Part shown: positions 28,846 through 40,136 of the stretch, piece after piece
Numbering within the stretch: the first letter of the stretch is position 1
Layout: each line of letters begins with the position of its first letter
Assembly (NCBI GenBank): GCA_944390015.1
Contig: CALXOL010000013.1
Coordinates: forward strand, 16,727-80,726
DNA from: an uncultured Spirochaetaceae bacterium
Lineage (GTDB): Bacteria; Spirochaetota; Spirochaetia; Sphaerochaetales; Sphaerochaetaceae
DNA: 64,000 nt
Direction: 5' to 3'
Made by a program: the position numbers and the translations under genes
The notes under the pieces: model-generated
The model's database searches: none
Told to the model about the DNA's origin: nothing
The model's input: the letters and a program-made list of their open reading frames with translations, nothing else

Positions 28846-30589
28846 TTAAAAATTCCTTAACTTTTCTTTCTATCTTAAACGGGTCATCTTCTGAGAGTAC
28901 TTCATTTACCAGTCTTGAGCAATCACCATAGGAAAGGCTCGAAAGATATCTCCTTATCGCAGGAAGGCTTGCAGGACTCATACTAAGCTCATCAAGGCCA
29001 AGCCCGACCAAGACGGGAAGATAGAGGATCTCTGATGCCATCTGTCCGCAAAGCCCTACTTCTATACCTTTCTCATGAGCATTATCGACAATCATCCTGA
29101 TAAGGCGTAGAACTCCGAGATGGAGAGGATTATAAAGGTAGTTGGTCTTGTCATTCCCCCTATCAACTGCGATTGTGTACTGTATCAGGTCATTTGTTCC
29201 AATTGAGAAGAAATCGAGCTTCTTTGCCAATATGTCCGATACGAGGGCAGCAGATGGAACTTCTATCATCGTTCCGACCTTTATATGCTCATCAAAATCA
29301 ATCTTCTCCCTTCTAAGATCATCCTTGCACTCTTCAAACAGGGCAAGTGTCTCATCCAGCTCCTCTATACCGCTTATCATGGGGAACATGATTCTCACAT
29401 TACGATATTTTGAAGCAAGAAGTATCGCCCTCATCTGCGCCTTGAAATCCTTGCGATGGGAGAGCATGTAACGCACGGCACGCCATCCGAGGATTGGATT
29501 GTCTTCGGCAATCATACCATCCGCCTTCTTATCTCCCCCGATATCCAGGGTCCTGAAGACGATATCCCCGTGCCCTACCATACGGCGGGCAGCCTCCATG
29601 TATATCTCATCCTTCTTATCGCGGCTATTGAGAATATCACTCTTTATCGCGATGAATTCGGTTCTGAAAAGTCCGATGTTCTCAGCGCCAAAGGAGATGG
29701 CGTCATCCACACCCTCAAGCCATTCAATATTAGCATCGAGAATAACACGCCTTCCATCCGAGGTGAGGCCATTTGTACCTGAGCTTGCATCAAAAGATTC
29801 TACAAGGTTCTCCAAAGACTGCCTTTTCTCCTCATACTCTGCAAGCTTTTTTCTGGTAGGACTGCTTATGACGAGCCCGGCCTCACCATCGACTATTACA
29901 AGCTCCCCCTCTTCCAACAAGGATGAGAATCCATTTACGCCTACAACAGAAGGTATCTTCTTACTTTTCGCCAGAATGGAGACATGACTGGTCTTTCCAC
30001 CTCCATCAAGGACGATACCTTCTATATTCTCAAGCCCCTCAAGGCCTAAGAGCTCGCTTGTAAGGATGTAATCAGCAACGAGAATCCTCGGTTCGGTAAC
30101 TTCAATGTGCTCTCTTCTCTTTCCCGTAAGGGTCTCAAGAATGGCATACTCGATATCCCGAATATCGATTATCCTCTCCTTCAGATATTCATCCTCGATA
30201 CCGCTGATCATCCGGATTATTTCCTCAGTAGCTTCCTGAGCCGCCCATGGAGCGCTATATCTTTTCTCCTCTATGAGCTTCTTTATCGACTTATGGTACT
30301 CGGCATCTTCGAGCATCAAAAGCTCTACGGTATAAAGGGCCTTCTCACTGTCCCCTTCGGCATCATCAAGATACCCCTTATATTCCTTTATCAATGATTT
30401 AAAACAGGAATCAAGATGCTCAAGCTCTTTTGAAACTGAATCAATGGGTATGTAATCATGTGATATGACCAGCTTATCATGCCTATAGATGAACGCTTTG
30501 CCGATTGCATATCCTGGAGATGATGATATTCCATTAAATTCAGTCATGTTCTGATTATAATACGGATTATCATTTTCTTTCCATATCAT
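28817..30589 (-). CDS. ptsI: phosphoenolpyruvate-protein phosphotransferase (PTS enzyme I)
   Basis: 590 aa. GISSSPGYAIGKAF, GGKTSHVSILAKS (phospho-His), FFSIGTNDLIQYT. An alternative start at 30547 (MTEFNG) is possible. Overlaps the der start by 29 nt. Confidence 0.9.
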   Translation of the reverse strand: MIWKENDNPYYNQNMTEFNGISSSPGYAIGKAFIYRHDKLVISHDYIPIDSVSKELEHLDSCFKSLIKEYKGYLDDAEGDSEKALYTVELLMLEDAEYHKSIKKLIEEKRYSAPWAAQEATEEIIRMISGIEDEYLKERIIDIRDIEYAILETLTGKRREHIEVTEPRILVADYILTSELLGLEGLENIEGIVLDGGGKTSHVSILAKSKKIPSVVGVNGFSSLLEEGELVIVDGEAGLVISSPTRKKLAEYEEKRQSLENLVESFDASSGTNGLTSDGRRVILDANIEWLEGVDDAISFGAENIGLFRTEFIAIKSDILNSRDKKDEIYMEAARRMVGHGDIVFRTLDIGGDKKADGMIAEDNPILGWRAVRYMLSHRKDFKAQMRAILLASKYRNVRIMFPMISGIEELDETLALFEECKDDLRREKIDFDEHIKVGTMIEVPSAALVSDILAKKLDFFSIGTNDLIQYTIAVDRGNDKTNYLYNPLHLGVLRLIRMIVDNAHEKGIEVGLCGQMASEILYLPVLVGLGLDELSMSPASLPAIRRYLSSLSYGDCSRLVNEVLSEDDPFKIERKVKEFLNERETRNKK

Positions 30590-30673
30590 GAGAAGAAATC
30601 ACAAGAATAGCCATGTTATGGATTTTTTTCCTGTTTGTAATTATCATTTGAACATAAAGGCTTAAACGGAAAA

Positions 30674-31180
30674 ATGGGAAAAGGAAAGAATTTGAAAGCC
30701 ATCTTATTATGGATTCTCTCTTATATGGCATTTCTATTTATTCTCATAATGCTTCTAAGAGAACCGATAACAAGCAACTTCAATGAAAATAAATACATGG
30801 ATGCCCTCAATGAATACAAGAGGATTCTTTTAGAAGGAGAGAGAATCGCTCTTGATGTCGCATTCTATGCAATCGACGGTATCAAAACGGCTGAAGTGGA
30901 GAGCAAAATAGGCTTTACCGATAAAGAACACCTCCGTATTGAGGCACTTTTGAACGGCATAGATGAGGAAAATCTATCAAAAGGACTCGTTTCATACATC
31001 AAAGACGGTACGAGACTCATAGGACTGAGCATAAAGAATGGAATAGCCTATGTGGTACTCTCCGATGAATTTCTGGAATCAAAAGACATCGGAAAGGCAA
31101 AACACCAGATAGAAGAAACCCTCAGAATGGAGAATCCTGATCTGAGGGTTGCAATAATAGTCGATGATGAGATCATCTAG
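30674..31180 (+). CDS. hypothetical membrane-anchored protein
   Basis: 168 aa. N-terminal TM segment; no motif I can assign securely. Confidence 0.4.
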   Translation: MGKGKNLKAILLWILSYMAFLFILIMLLREPITSNFNENKYMDALNEYKRILLEGERIALDVAFYAIDGIKTAEVESKIGFTDKEHLRIEALLNGIDEENLSKGLVSYIKDGTRLIGLSIKNGIAYVVLSDEFLESKDIGKAKHQIEETLRMENPDLRVAIIVDDEII

Positions 31181-31940
31181 AGAATCTCTTAATGGATAAG
31201 GCTTTTCCGCTCTCCCTATCAGCTTCTACGATTATTCCCTGAATGTGCGCTACTCCTTCTTTTACCTCGCTCTTGATAGGTAGCTGAGTAAGTACACGCT
31301 CAATCGCCTTATCTTCACGGCTTCCTATCACACCATCAAGTACACCCGTTATCCCCAAATCGGTTATATAGCAGGTCCCTTTCGGAAGAATCCTCTCATC
31401 CGCAGTCTGTACGTGAGTATGTGTACCGGCAACAGATGTGACCTTTCCGTCAAGGTAGAAAGCGAGCGCCTCCTTCTCCTCCGTATGCTCGGCATGAAAA
31501 TCGACAAAAATAAGAGGAGTAATCTTTCTCAGTTTCTCCACAAGCGAACCCACCGTCTGAAAAGGGCAGTCTATGGGTGTCATGGAATAACGGCCCTGAG
31601 CATTTATTACGGCGATCCCCTTCTTAATGGTATAACCTTTCCCGATTGTCCCCTGAGGGTAATTTAGAGGACGAAGAAGATTATCTGATTTCTCGAGAAC
31701 CTGATATATCTCCTCCTTCTGCCAGATATGGTTGCCGCTGGTTATTACATCAACCCCCATCCTGAGAAAGTTATTATAGTCATCAAGGCTTATGCCGAAC
31801 CCCTCAGAGGCGTTCTCTCCATTTGCAATGACGAAATCAATCTTCTCTTCCTTGATAATTGAGGAAAGAGAGAGAAACAGGGCTCCCATTCCAGAGGAGC
31901 CCGATACATCTCCAAGTTCAAGAACTCTTACCGTAGACAC
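31173..31940 (-). CDS. ymdB: YmdB-family metallophosphoesterase (TIGR00282)
   Basis: 255 aa. LGDVSGSSG, ANGENAS, SGNHIW, DFHAE and GTHTHVQTAD motifs. Sits immediately downstream of rny, as in Bacillus. Confidence 0.85.
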   Translation of the reverse strand: MSTVRVLELGDVSGSSGMGALFLSLSSIIKEEKIDFVIANGENASEGFGISLDDYNNFLRMGVDVITSGNHIWQKEEIYQVLEKSDNLLRPLNYPQGTIGKGYTIKKGIAVINAQGRYSMTPIDCPFQTVGSLVEKLRKITPLIFVDFHAEHTEEKEALAFYLDGKVTSVAGTHTHVQTADERILPKGTCYITDLGITGVLDGVIGSREDKAIERVLTQLPIKSEVKEGVAHIQGIIVEADRESGKALSIKRFSR

Positions 31941-33472
31941 TATCTTGCGTACTCCACAACCCTGAGTTCCCTGATAATCGTAACTTTGATTTTTCCAGGA
32001 TATCTCAGCTCCGCCTCAATCCTCTGAGCGATTCCCGTAGCGATCTCCCTGGACTTCTCATCAGAAACGGTATCAGCATTGACGAGAATCCTGAGTTCTC
32101 TTCCAGCCTGAATCGCATATGCATTCTCAACACCATCAAAGCCTTTTGCGATTCCTTCAAGGTTCTCAAGCCTCTTAATGTAGTTGTCAAGGGACTCCCT
32201 TCTAGCTCCTGGACGAGCAGCGCTGATTGCATCTGCTATCTGTACGATTATGGACTCAATACAGCTGGGTTCAACATCATTATGGTGAGAGAGAACAGCA
32301 TTGACCACACGAGGCTCCTCTCCGAGTCTCTTTACGATTTCAGCACCGAGTTCCGCATGATTTGCCTCGCTCTCAGTCTCCGCACCCTTTCCTATATCAT
32401 GAAGCAGTCCAGCTCGCTTTGCGATCTCCGTATCCGCACCGACCTCGCTCGCTATCATACCGGCAAGAATAGCGACCTCTTTTGAATGCTGAAGAACATT
32501 CTGTCCATAACTCGTTCTAAAATAAAGACGTCCAAGTGCTCTTATCAGCTCCGGTCCCATATTGTGTATTCCGAGATCGAAAACAACCTTCTCTCCCTCA
32601 TCCACTATGATCCGTCCGACTTCCTTGCTTACCTTGTTGACAACTTCCTCTATGCGTGCGGGATGAATCCTTCCATCCTGTACAAGGCGTTCAAGTGCAA
32701 CTCTCGCTATCTCCTTCCTTACAGGATCAAAACATGAGATTACGACGGCCTCTGGAGTATCATCGATTATGATATCCACACCAGTAAGCGTCTCGAGCGT
32801 CCTTATGTTTCTCCCCTCTCTTCCGATGATTCTTCCCTTCATCTCATCGCTGGGAAGGGTAACCGAAGATGTTGTGATATCACCAGACACCTCGGTTGCT
32901 AAGCGCTGTATGCTCGTAACGATTATATCACGGGCAATCTTATCCGCTTGTAACTGGGTCTCGGTCTCTATCTTATTTATATAGACCTGACCATCATGCT
33001 GAGCTTCTGCCTTCATCTCCTCGATTATGAGGTTTTTCGCCTCTTCTCTGGACATTGAAGCAACTCTCTCTAGCTCCGAAACAAGCTCCGCTTCCCTCTC
33101 TTCGATGGCTTTTTCCCTCTCCGAGACGGAATTCTCTCTTTCTCCCAGTTGTTTTTTGACAGCATCAAGCTCATTCTGCTTGTGCTCGAGATTCATTTCC
33201 TTCTGCAGAAGTCTTCTCTCATTCTTCTGCAGCTCTAATCTTCTCTCTCTTGCATCACGCTCACTCTGCTGTTGCTCTTTCTGCAAAGCTTCACGTGTTT
33301 CAAGCATCAGCTCCTTTGCATCAGCATTGGCCTTATCCTCGATCTCTTTTGCGATCCTTACGGCCTGCTGCTCTGCAGAAGTAAGCTTGCTTTTTGCATA
33401 TATCCAACGGACTGCGAATCCGATGCCGATGCCAAGTACACAACATAGGAGGGCTATAATTATTGAAAACAT
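31940..33472 (-). CDS. rny: ribonuclease Y
   Basis: 510 aa. N-terminal TM, coiled coil, KH domain (MKGRIIGREGRNIR), HD domain (LLHDIGK). Confidence 0.92.
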   Translation of the reverse strand: MFSIIIALLCCVLGIGIGFAVRWIYAKSKLTSAEQQAVRIAKEIEDKANADAKELMLETREALQKEQQQSERDARERRLELQKNERRLLQKEMNLEHKQNELDAVKKQLGERENSVSEREKAIEEREAELVSELERVASMSREEAKNLIIEEMKAEAQHDGQVYINKIETETQLQADKIARDIIVTSIQRLATEVSGDITTSSVTLPSDEMKGRIIGREGRNIRTLETLTGVDIIIDDTPEAVVISCFDPVRKEIARVALERLVQDGRIHPARIEEVVNKVSKEVGRIIVDEGEKVVFDLGIHNMGPELIRALGRLYFRTSYGQNVLQHSKEVAILAGMIASEVGADTEIAKRAGLLHDIGKGAETESEANHAELGAEIVKRLGEEPRVVNAVLSHHNDVEPSCIESIIVQIADAISAARPGARRESLDNYIKRLENLEGIAKGFDGVENAYAIQAGRELRILVNADTVSDEKSREIATGIAQRIEAELRYPGKIKVTIIRELRVVEYAR

Positions 33473-33509
33473 CTATAACCTCCCGATGTATATCTACATA
33501 TTATAATTG

Positions 33510-33538
33510 ATAATGGTCTAAAGTTTTCCCACTGTCAA
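33510..33538 (-). promoter_or_regulatory. candidate sigma70 promoter for rny
   Basis: Minus strand reads TTGACA (33538-33533), N17, CATTAT (33515-33510). A perfect TATAAT also lies a few nt downstream. Confidence 0.45.
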
Positions 33539-33656
33539 GGATAAGAGTTAAACAATTATGATTTGTATGAGCTATTAATACTATCTCAAAAAACAATCAT
33601 GCATCCAATTCGTTCATGGTTTAAGTCGTAAATATATCTTTTTTCTTTCTTATCCT

Positions 33657-33687
33657 AAAAAAAAAATACCCCCACATCACGTGAGGG
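33657..33687 (-). terminator. intrinsic terminator after rplQ (end of the ribosomal super-operon)
   Basis: Minus strand reads CCCTCAC-GTGAT-GTGGGGG, then TA and a 10-nt T run. Confidence 0.75.
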
Positions 33688-33717
33688 CTCAGGCTCTAAA
33701 CCTGTTTTGCTAAGGTC

Positions 33718-34158
33718 TTATTTTTCTGCCTTATCTGCCTTGGCCTTGGCCTTGGCTTCCTTCTTTTCAGCCTTGGCATCCTTCTTAGCTTCTTTCTTCT
33801 GAGTCTTTTCTACAAGCTCAAGGATAACCATGTCTGCTGCATCCCCAAGGCGGTAACCAGTCTTCAAGACCCTGGTATAACCTCCGTTTCTCTCTGCGAA
33901 GAGCGGAGCGATCTCCTTGAAGAGCTTATCGAGGACGGCTTCGTCTTTGATATCACGTGCGATCATACGGCGGTTGTGAACATTATCAACCTTTGCACGT
34001 GTAATCATCTTCTCTGCCATCTTCCTGACTTCAAGTGCCTTTGCCTTTGTGGTCTCGACTCTCTCATATCTGAAGAGAGATGTTACCATGTTTCTCTTGA
34101 GGGCTGTGCGCTCGCTTGTTGTGCGGGAAAGCGCGTTAAAACCAATTCTATGCTTCAT
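33718..34158 (-). CDS. rplQ: 50S ribosomal protein L17
   Basis: 146 aa. [24 protein letters not shown]...; K/A-rich tail. Confidence 0.95.
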   Translation of the reverse strand: MKHRIGFNALSRTTSERTALKRNMVTSLFRYERVETTKAKALEVRKMAEKMITRAKVDNVHNRRMIARDIKDEAVLDKLFKEIAPLFAERNGGYTRVLKTGYRLGDAADMVILELVEKTQKKEAKKDAKAEKKEAKAKAKADKAEK

Positions 34159-35203
34159 TATCCACTTCCTTATTCTCTGGAACTTTGATAGACGTCTTTA
34201 ATACACTGAAGTCGGTCATTCCAAGTGTTAAGCCCCATTCCTTGAGCTTATCCTTAATCTCAGAAAGGCTCTTCTTTCCGAAATTTCTTGTCTTACCAAT
34301 CTCATCTTCAGTCTTCTTTGCTAAATCACCGATTGTCTTGATACCAGCGTTCTTCAGACAGTTAGAAGATCTTACTGTAAGTTCAAGCTCCTCTACCGGA
34401 GTATCGAGAATACTCTTGATTCTCTCCTCTTCCTCATCAACCTCGTCATTAGAAGCAATCTTTCCTTCATCGAAGTTAATAAAGATGGTAAAGTGATCCT
34501 TAATGATTTTTGCTGCTTCACCAAGTGCATTCTCAGGGCTGATTGTTCCATCCGTATAGATTTCGAGAATCAGCTTATCATAGTCGTTCCTCTGACCAAC
34601 GCGTGTCGGCTCGATAGAATACTTAACCCTCTTTACAGGAGAGAAGAATGCATCGATAGAAATCGTGCACGGCTCCTCAGAATACTTCTCATTATATTCA
34701 GAAGGAACATAACCACGTCCGAGGTCGATCTGAACCTCCATCTCCATGTCGCAGTCATCCATCATTGTGAAGATCTCAAGATCCTTATTAGTAACAGTCA
34801 CCTGGTTCTTCTCAAAATCAGCACCAGTAATTACACCAGGGCCTTTGCAGGCGATTGTTATAACAGTCCCCTCTGAATCTTCAGGCATACTGATCTGAAG
34901 CTTCTTAATGGCAGCGATGATATCGTTGATATCCTCCCTAACTCCCGTAAGCGGCTCATACTCACTTGTAACAAGATGAGCTGTATGGTCTTCCCCGCTG
35001 AAAGTTGTAAAACGGATTGCCGTTACAGCATACCCTTGGATGGAGGAAAGAAGAACACGGCGAAGAGTATTTCCTACTGTTGTACCAAAACCTCTTTCAA
35101 AAGGATAAGCGATGAATTTACCATACTCCGCAGTACTTACTGCATGTTCGGAAGTGATTCCCGTAGGCTTTTTAAAACCCTTGAGAAGTGATTTTCTTGC
35201 CAT
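34148..35203 (-). CDS. rpoA: DNA-directed RNA polymerase alpha subunit
   Basis: 351 aa. [11 protein letters not shown] motif and C-terminal [13 protein letters not shown] alpha-CTD. Confidence 0.95.
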   Translation of the reverse strand: MARKSLLKGFKKPTGITSEHAVSTAEYGKFIAYPFERGFGTTVGNTLRRVLLSSIQGYAVTAIRFTTFSGEDHTAHLVTSEYEPLTGVREDINDIIAAIKKLQISMPEDSEGTVITIACKGPGVITGADFEKNQVTVTNKDLEIFTMMDDCDMEMEVQIDLGRGYVPSEYNEKYSEEPCTISIDAFFSPVKRVKYSIEPTRVGQRNDYDKLILEIYTDGTISPENALGEAAKIIKDHFTIFINFDEGKIASNDEVDEEEERIKSILDTPVEELELTVRSSNCLKNAGIKTIGDLAKKTEDEIGKTRNFGKKSLSEIKDKLKEWGLTLGMTDFSVLKTSIKVPENKEVDNEA

Positions 35204-35225
35204 TTAAATACTCCTTAATAGGTAC

Positions 35226-35245
35226 ACTGCGGGTCTCCCCGCAGT
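35226..35245 (-). promoter_or_regulatory. intercistronic hairpin between rpsK and rpoA
   Basis: ACTGCGGG-GAGA-CCCGCAGT, a perfect 8-bp stem with no U tract. Confidence 0.55.
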
Positions 35246-35249
35246 CAAA

Positions 35250-35627
35250 TCAGACACGTCTTGTCTTACGTGGGCGGCATCCATTGTGAGGAATAGGAGT
35301 TACGTCCCTGATGGAACGGACCTTGAGGCCAAGAACTCCGATAGTTCTAATTGCGCTCTCTCTTCCAACACCTGGTCCCTTTACGAAGACATTAACTTCC
35401 CTCAGACCATAATCCATAGCCTTCTTAACAGCAGCTTCACAAATTGTCTGAGCTGCATAAGGAGTTGATTTCTTTGCTCCGCGGAAGCCGAGTCCTCCAG
35501 CTGAAGCCCAGCTGATGGCATTACCGGCAAGATCAGTAACGGTAATAATCGTATTGTTGAAGCTTGTCTGGATGTATACGTTTCCCTCCAGAACCGTCTT
35601 CTTTACTTTCTTCTTTACGTTTGCCAT
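35250..35627 (-). CDS. rpsK: 30S ribosomal protein S11
   Basis: 125 aa. ...[33 protein letters not shown]... Confidence 0.95.
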   Translation of the reverse strand: MANVKKKVKKTVLEGNVYIQTSFNNTIITVTDLAGNAISWASAGGLGFRGAKKSTPYAAQTICEAAVKKAMDYGLREVNVFVKGPGVGRESAIRTIGVLGLKVRSIRDVTPIPHNGCRPRKTRRV

Positions 35628-35640
35628 TTCTCACCTACCC

Positions 35641-36006
35641 TTACTTCTTCTTTCCAGCAACGGTCTTCTTCTTACCTTTTCTGGTTCTTGCATTTGTCTT
35701 TGTTCTCTGACCATGGACAGGAAGACCCTTTCTATGTCTGAGCCCTCTGTAGCATCCGATGTCCATCAATCTCTTGATGTTGAGAGCAACCTCTGTGCGG
35801 AGGTGTCCTTCGATGTTGTACTCCTCTTCGATAACCTTTCTAAGAAGAGCAACCTGATCCTGATCGAGAGTGTTGATCCTTACGTCTGGATCAATATTTG
35901 TTTTCTTACAGATATCTAAAGCGGAAACATTTCCGATTCCATAGATATAAGTCAAAGCAATCTTGACTGCCTTATTCGGCAAATCAACACCTGCTATACG
36001 TGCCAT
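35641..36006 (-). CDS. rpsM: 30S ribosomal protein S13
   Basis: 121 aa. [10 protein letters not shown]... Confidence 0.95.
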   Translation of the reverse strand: MARIAGVDLPNKAVKIALTYIYGIGNVSALDICKKTNIDPDVRINTLDQDQVALLRKVIEEEYNIEGHLRTEVALNIKRLMDIGCYRGLRHRKGLPVHGQRTKTNARTRKGKKKTVAGKKK

Positions 36007-36018
36007 CCTGGCCTCCTA

Positions 36019-36132
36019 TTACTTCTGTCTCTGCTTGTGCTTTGGGTTCTCGCAGATAATACGAACAACACCTGCACGTCTGATTACTTTACACTTGTCA
36101 CAAATTGGTTTGACACTTGCTCTAACTTTCAT
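36019..36132 (-). CDS. rpmJ: 50S ribosomal protein L36
   Basis: Too short for the ORF track. The manual translation has 37 codons: [37 protein letters not shown]. Confidence 0.9.
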   Translation of the reverse strand: MKVRASVKPICDKCKVIRRAGVVRIICENPKHKQRQK

Positions 36133-36146
36133 TTCGTGAGCTCCTA

Positions 36147-37448
36147 TTACATTTTCTTAGCTTTGCGCTTCTTAACGTCAACAAAGCCTTCATGATGATG
36201 CATCTTCATAAGTCCATCAAGCTGGCGCATTGTATCGAGGTCAACACCGACCAGAATGATCAATGATGTTCCGCCGAAAAGCATTGCGACATCACTTGGG
36301 AAGTTGAAGAACATCTGAATCAGAGTCGGAATCAAAGCGATGAAAGCCAAGAAGATTGAACCAGGAAGAACGATTCTGTTAAGTACCTTTGTCAGATACT
36401 CTTCGAGCTTCTCGTTCCTAACTCCAGGAATCGAACCTCCGTTGTCACGGATATTCTTAGCCATCTCAATCGGATTGAGACTGATCTGAGTATAGAAGAA
36501 TGCAAAACCGATAATCAACAAGGTGTAGATAATCATATAGGGGGCACCCTGAGGATTAAGGAAGTTTGCAACTGCCTGCATCCATCTTACGTTTGAATTA
36601 TATCCAATCTGAAGAGGGAAGGAAAGAAGTGCCGATGCAAAGATTACCGGGATAACACCACTTGGGTTAATCTTGAACGGGATGAATGATGACTGAGAGC
36701 CATACATCTTCCTACCGACAACCCTCTTTGCATAATGCACAGGGATCTTTCTCTGACCCTGCTCTTCATAAACGACAAGGGCAATGACAAAGAAGAACAT
36801 TACTACGACAAGTACTACTGCCAGTGGATTAAGTACTCCTGCCTGTACTGCAACGATAAGAGAATAGAAAGCAGAAGGGATACGAGCAACAATACCTGCA
36901 AAGATAAGCAGGGAAATACCGTTTCCAACGCCGAACTGCGTAATCTTCTCACCAAGCCATACAAGGAGCATCGATCCAGCTGTTACAGATACGATTGCAA
37001 TAAGAGTGAACGGAACCGTTCCAATCGTAAGTGCACCAGGGATTCCTCTGGCATATACCGTAGTAGCAAGGGACTGAAGTATACACACTATGATTGTGCC
37101 ATAGCGCGTATACTGCTGAATCTTCTTCGCACCCTGTGGATCCTGAGAAAGCTTCTTCAGAGAAGGAATGACCAACATCAAAAGCTGCACGATAATCTGC
37201 GTGCTTATGTATGGCATTACGCCCAGCATGAAAATTGAATAATAGCTGAACGCTCCACCAGAGAAGAAGTTCAAATACTCAGTGAAGCTGTTAGCACTAG
37301 CTTCAAAGTAATTAAGAACTGCGACAGGATTGATACCAGGAACAGGAATTACCGCACCGATTCTAGATACGGCAAGAAGGCCTAATGTAATTAAGACCTT
37401 CTTCCTGATATCTTTCATGCGCATCATATCTACCAGAGTGTTAGACAT
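36147..37448 (-). CDS. secY: preprotein translocase subunit SecY
   Basis: 433 aa polytopic membrane protein in the canonical position after rplO. Confidence 0.95.
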   Translation of the reverse strand: MSNTLVDMMRMKDIRKKVLITLGLLAVSRIGAVIPVPGINPVAVLNYFEASANSFTEYLNFFSGGAFSYYSIFMLGVMPYISTQIIVQLLMLVIPSLKKLSQDPQGAKKIQQYTRYGTIIVCILQSLATTVYARGIPGALTIGTVPFTLIAIVSVTAGSMLLVWLGEKITQFGVGNGISLLIFAGIVARIPSAFYSLIVAVQAGVLNPLAVVLVVVMFFFVIALVVYEEQGQRKIPVHYAKRVVGRKMYGSQSSFIPFKINPSGVIPVIFASALLSFPLQIGYNSNVRWMQAVANFLNPQGAPYMIIYTLLIIGFAFFYTQISLNPIEMAKNIRDNGGSIPGVRNEKLEEYLTKVLNRIVLPGSIFLAFIALIPTLIQMFFNFPSDVAMLFGGTSLIILVGVDLDTMRQLDGLMKMHHHEGFVDVKKRKAKKM

Positions 37449-37465
37449 CAGATACCCTCTACTTC

Positions 37466-37897
37466 TTATTTTACCTCTCCGCCAACTGCCTTGATTCTCT
37501 CAGCAGCAGAAGCAGAGCACTTGATTCCATCTACGGTGAGAGCCTTTGTAAGCTCTCCGTTTGAAAGAATCTTAGCGATAGTACCATTACCTTTAATAAG
37601 GCCTTTTGACCTCAGGCTCTCATCATTTACGACCTCTCCTGCCTCATAAGAGACCTCAAGATCCTTTAAGCTTACTGCCTGATAGGTAACCTTGAAAGGA
37701 CAGTTAGAGAAACCACGACGTGCGACACGTCTGTAAAGTGGCATCTGTCCACCTTCGAAGCCGAGACGTACTCCGCCACCACTTCTAGAGTTCTGTCCGT
37801 CATGTCCTCTTCCGCAAGCTCTACCCTTTGAGGAAGCTCCGCGACCGACAATTGTCTTTTTCTTTGTTGCGCCTAATGGCTTTACAATCTGAGCCAT
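37466..37897 (-). CDS. rplO: 50S ribosomal protein L15
   Basis: 143 aa. GRGHDGQNSRSGGGVRLGFEGGQMPLYRR. Confidence 0.95.
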   Translation of the reverse strand: MAQIVKPLGATKKKTIVGRGASSKGRACGRGHDGQNSRSGGGVRLGFEGGQMPLYRRVARRGFSNCPFKVTYQAVSLKDLEVSYEAGEVVNDESLRSKGLIKGNGTIAKILSNGELTKALTVDGIKCSASAAERIKAVGGEVK

Positions 37898-37899
37898 GC

Positions 37900-38082
37900 T
37901 TAAACCTCCTCGACCTTTACCAGGTGTGATACTACGCGGACCATACCCTGATGTACTGGGTTATTTGCCTTTACAACAGAGCTGTTAATCTTTCCAAGTC
38001 CAAGTGCTTTTACTGTCTTTCTCTGCTTAGGGAGAGTTCCAGCAACACTCTTAACTAATGTTATCTTAATCTTGTCCGACAT
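37900..38082 (-). CDS. rpmD: 50S ribosomal protein L30
   Basis: [29 protein letters not shown]... I prefer the ATG at 38082, which avoids an overlap with rpsE. Confidence 0.9.
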   Translation of the reverse strand: MSDKIKITLVKSVAGTLPKQRKTVKALGLGKINSSVVKANNPVHQGMVRVVSHLVKVEEV

Positions 38083-38084
38083 GA

Positions 38085-38594
38085 TTAACCCCACATTTCC
38101 TTAAGAGACTTACCTCTGCTCTTTGCAACCTTAGCTGCATCGAAAAGGTTCTCTAATCCATCAAAGGCAGCCTTAACGGTATTGATTCCGTTTCTTGATC
38201 CAAGGCTCTTTGAAATGATGTTCTTGATACCAGCAGCATCACAGACAAGGCGCACTGCACCTCCTGCGATAACACCAGTTCCAGGAACAGCAGGCTTCAT
38301 GATAACAGATGCACTCTTGTACTTTCCGATTACATCATGAGGAATCGTGCTCTCCTTGAGAGGTACTGTGATCATGCTGCTTCTAGCCTTGCTTGTAGCC
38401 TTTCTGATGGCATCGGATACATCGTTAGCCTTTCCAAAGCCGTAACCGACCTTGCCCTGGCCATCCCCTACAACAACGAGTGCTGAGAAGGAGAATCTCT
38501 TACCACCTTTTACTACCTTTGATACGCGATTAAGCTTTACGAGCTTCTCTACGTATGCGTCTTTCTTCTCTTCAAAATCTTTAGACTTTTCCAT
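38085..38594 (-). CDS. rpsE: 30S ribosomal protein S5
   Basis: 169 aa. [27 protein letters not shown]. Confidence 0.95.
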   Translation of the reverse strand: MEKSKDFEEKKDAYVEKLVKLNRVSKVVKGGKRFSFSALVVVGDGQGKVGYGFGKANDVSDAIRKATSKARSSMITVPLKESTIPHDVIGKYKSASVIMKPAVPGTGVIAGGAVRLVCDAAGIKNIISKSLGSRNGINTVKAAFDGLENLFDAAKVAKSRGKSLKEMWG

Positions 38595-38602
38595 ATCCGC
38601 TC

Positions 38603-38962
38603 CTAGAACTTAACGCCTGCTTTTCTTGCACCGTCTGCGATTGACTTAACAATACCATGGTATACATAACCATTTCTATCGAAGACAACAGACTCAATCT
38701 TTGCGTCAAGAATCCTCTTTCCAACAACCTCTCCGAGCTTTAAAGCATCTTCACAATTGTTTCTGAGGTTCCTGAGATCTGCTTCTACAGTGGATGCGGA
38801 GACCAAAGTCTTTCCACATGTATCATCAATAACCTGAACATACATATGGAGATTGCTTCTGAAAACAGTCATGCGTGGGCGCTCTGGAGTACCAGAAATC
38901 TTCTTTCTGATGTGAGCCTTCCTCTTGAGCTGCCTTCTTGTCTTATCTATCATTCTGTTCAT
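38603..38962 (-). CDS. rplR: 50S ribosomal protein L18
   Basis: 119 aa. Position in the spc operon and FDRNGYVYHGIVK motif. Confidence 0.95.
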   Translation of the reverse strand: MNRMIDKTRRQLKRKAHIRKKISGTPERPRMTVFRSNLHMYVQVIDDTCGKTLVSASTVEADLRNLRNNCEDALKLGEVVGKRILDAKIESVVFDRNGYVYHGIVKSIADGARKAGVKF

Positions 38963-38974
38963 CAGTTAATCCCC

Positions 38975-39517
38975 TTATTTCTTACCACCGGACTTACCTA
39001 CCTTGCGGCGGATTGTCTCAGTCTCGTACTTGATACCCTTGCCCTTGTATGGCTCAGGTCCCCTGAGGGAACGGATTTCTGCTGCAACCTGACCTACACG
39101 TACCTTGTTGATACCTGAAACAGTAAGCTTTGCAGGTCCATCAGCTACGATGCTGATCCCCTCTGGAATCATATACTCAATCGGTGTTGAATAGCCAAGG
39201 TTCAGAGTAAGGATAGCGCCCTTTACCTCTGCACGGTAACCAACTCCATTGATTAAGAGGACCTTTGAATATCCTTCGCTTACACCCTTTATCATATTAG
39301 CAATGAGCTGACGATAAAGACCATGGAAGCTGCGGGATGCCTTCTCATCATTCTTTCTGGTTACGACAACCTCGTTTCCCTTTACTTCAACAACAACCTC
39401 ATCCCTTAAAGCCTGGGTGAGAGTTCCCTTACTTCCCTTAACAGTTACGACACCATCTGCGATGCTGACTGTAACTCCTGCAGGAATTGCTACTGGTAAT
39501 TTTCCAACTCTTGACAT
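38975..39517 (-). CDS. rplF: 50S ribosomal protein L6
   Basis: 180 aa. MSRVGKLPVAIPAGV... Confidence 0.95.
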   Translation of the reverse strand: MSRVGKLPVAIPAGVTVSIADGVVTVKGSKGTLTQALRDEVVVEVKGNEVVVTRKNDEKASRSFHGLYRQLIANMIKGVSEGYSKVLLINGVGYRAEVKGAILTLNLGYSTPIEYMIPEGISIVADGPAKLTVSGINKVRVGQVAAEIRSLRGPEPYKGKGIKYETETIRRKVGKSGGKK

Positions 39518-39527
39518 GCTCTACTCC

Positions 39528-39926
39528 TTACCAGATTGTGCAGATAAGCTCTCCACCGACTTTAGCATCAACAGCCTTCTTGCCTGTGATGACTCCGGTT
39601 GAGGAAGAAACGACTACAACACCATTACCATTGAATATGCTTGGCATATCCTTATAGCCGCAGTAAACACGGCGACCTGGAGTTGAGATACGATCGAGAC
39701 CATGGATAACAGGGTTCTGCTCATCGTCATACTTAAGGAATACGCGGATATATGGAACATTATCCTTTGTAACCTTCTTGAAATTCTTGATGAAACCTTC
39801 GTTCTTAAGGATCTTAACGATCTGAAGCTTCATCTTGGAATTGGTAACTTCTACCTTTTCGTGCTTAGCCTGACTAGCGTTCCTAATCTTGGTAAGCATA
39901 TCTGCAATTGGATCACTCTGTGCCAT
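39528..39926 (-). CDS. rpsH: 30S ribosomal protein S8
   Basis: 132 aa. [13 protein letters not shown]... Confidence 0.95.
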   Translation of the reverse strand: MAQSDPIADMLTKIRNASQAKHEKVEVTNSKMKLQIVKILKNEGFIKNFKKVTKDNVPYIRVFLKYDDEQNPVIHGLDRISTPGRRVYCGYKDMPSIFNGNGVVVVSSSTGVITGKKAVDAKVGGELICTIW

Positions 39927-39935
39927 AACTATCTC

Positions 39936-40121
39936 CTACCAGCTGGATTTGGTAACGCCAGGAATCTGGCCTTCACTTGCCAATTTTCTAAAGCATACTC
40001 TGCACATATCAAACTGGCGCATATAACCACGAGGACGACCGCAAATTCTGCATCTGTTGTAAGAACGGGTGGAGAATTTCGGTGTCTTCTTTGCCTTTAT
40101 AATCAAAGATTTCTTAGCCAT
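39936..40121 (-). CDS. rpsN: 30S ribosomal protein S14, zinc-binding type Z
   Basis: 61 aa. [22 protein letters not shown]. Confidence 0.95.
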   Translation of the reverse strand: MAKKSLIIKAKKTPKFSTRSYNRCRICGRPRGYMRQFDMCRVCFRKLASEGQIPGVTKSSW

Positions 40122-40136
40122 TTCTACTCCTACTCC

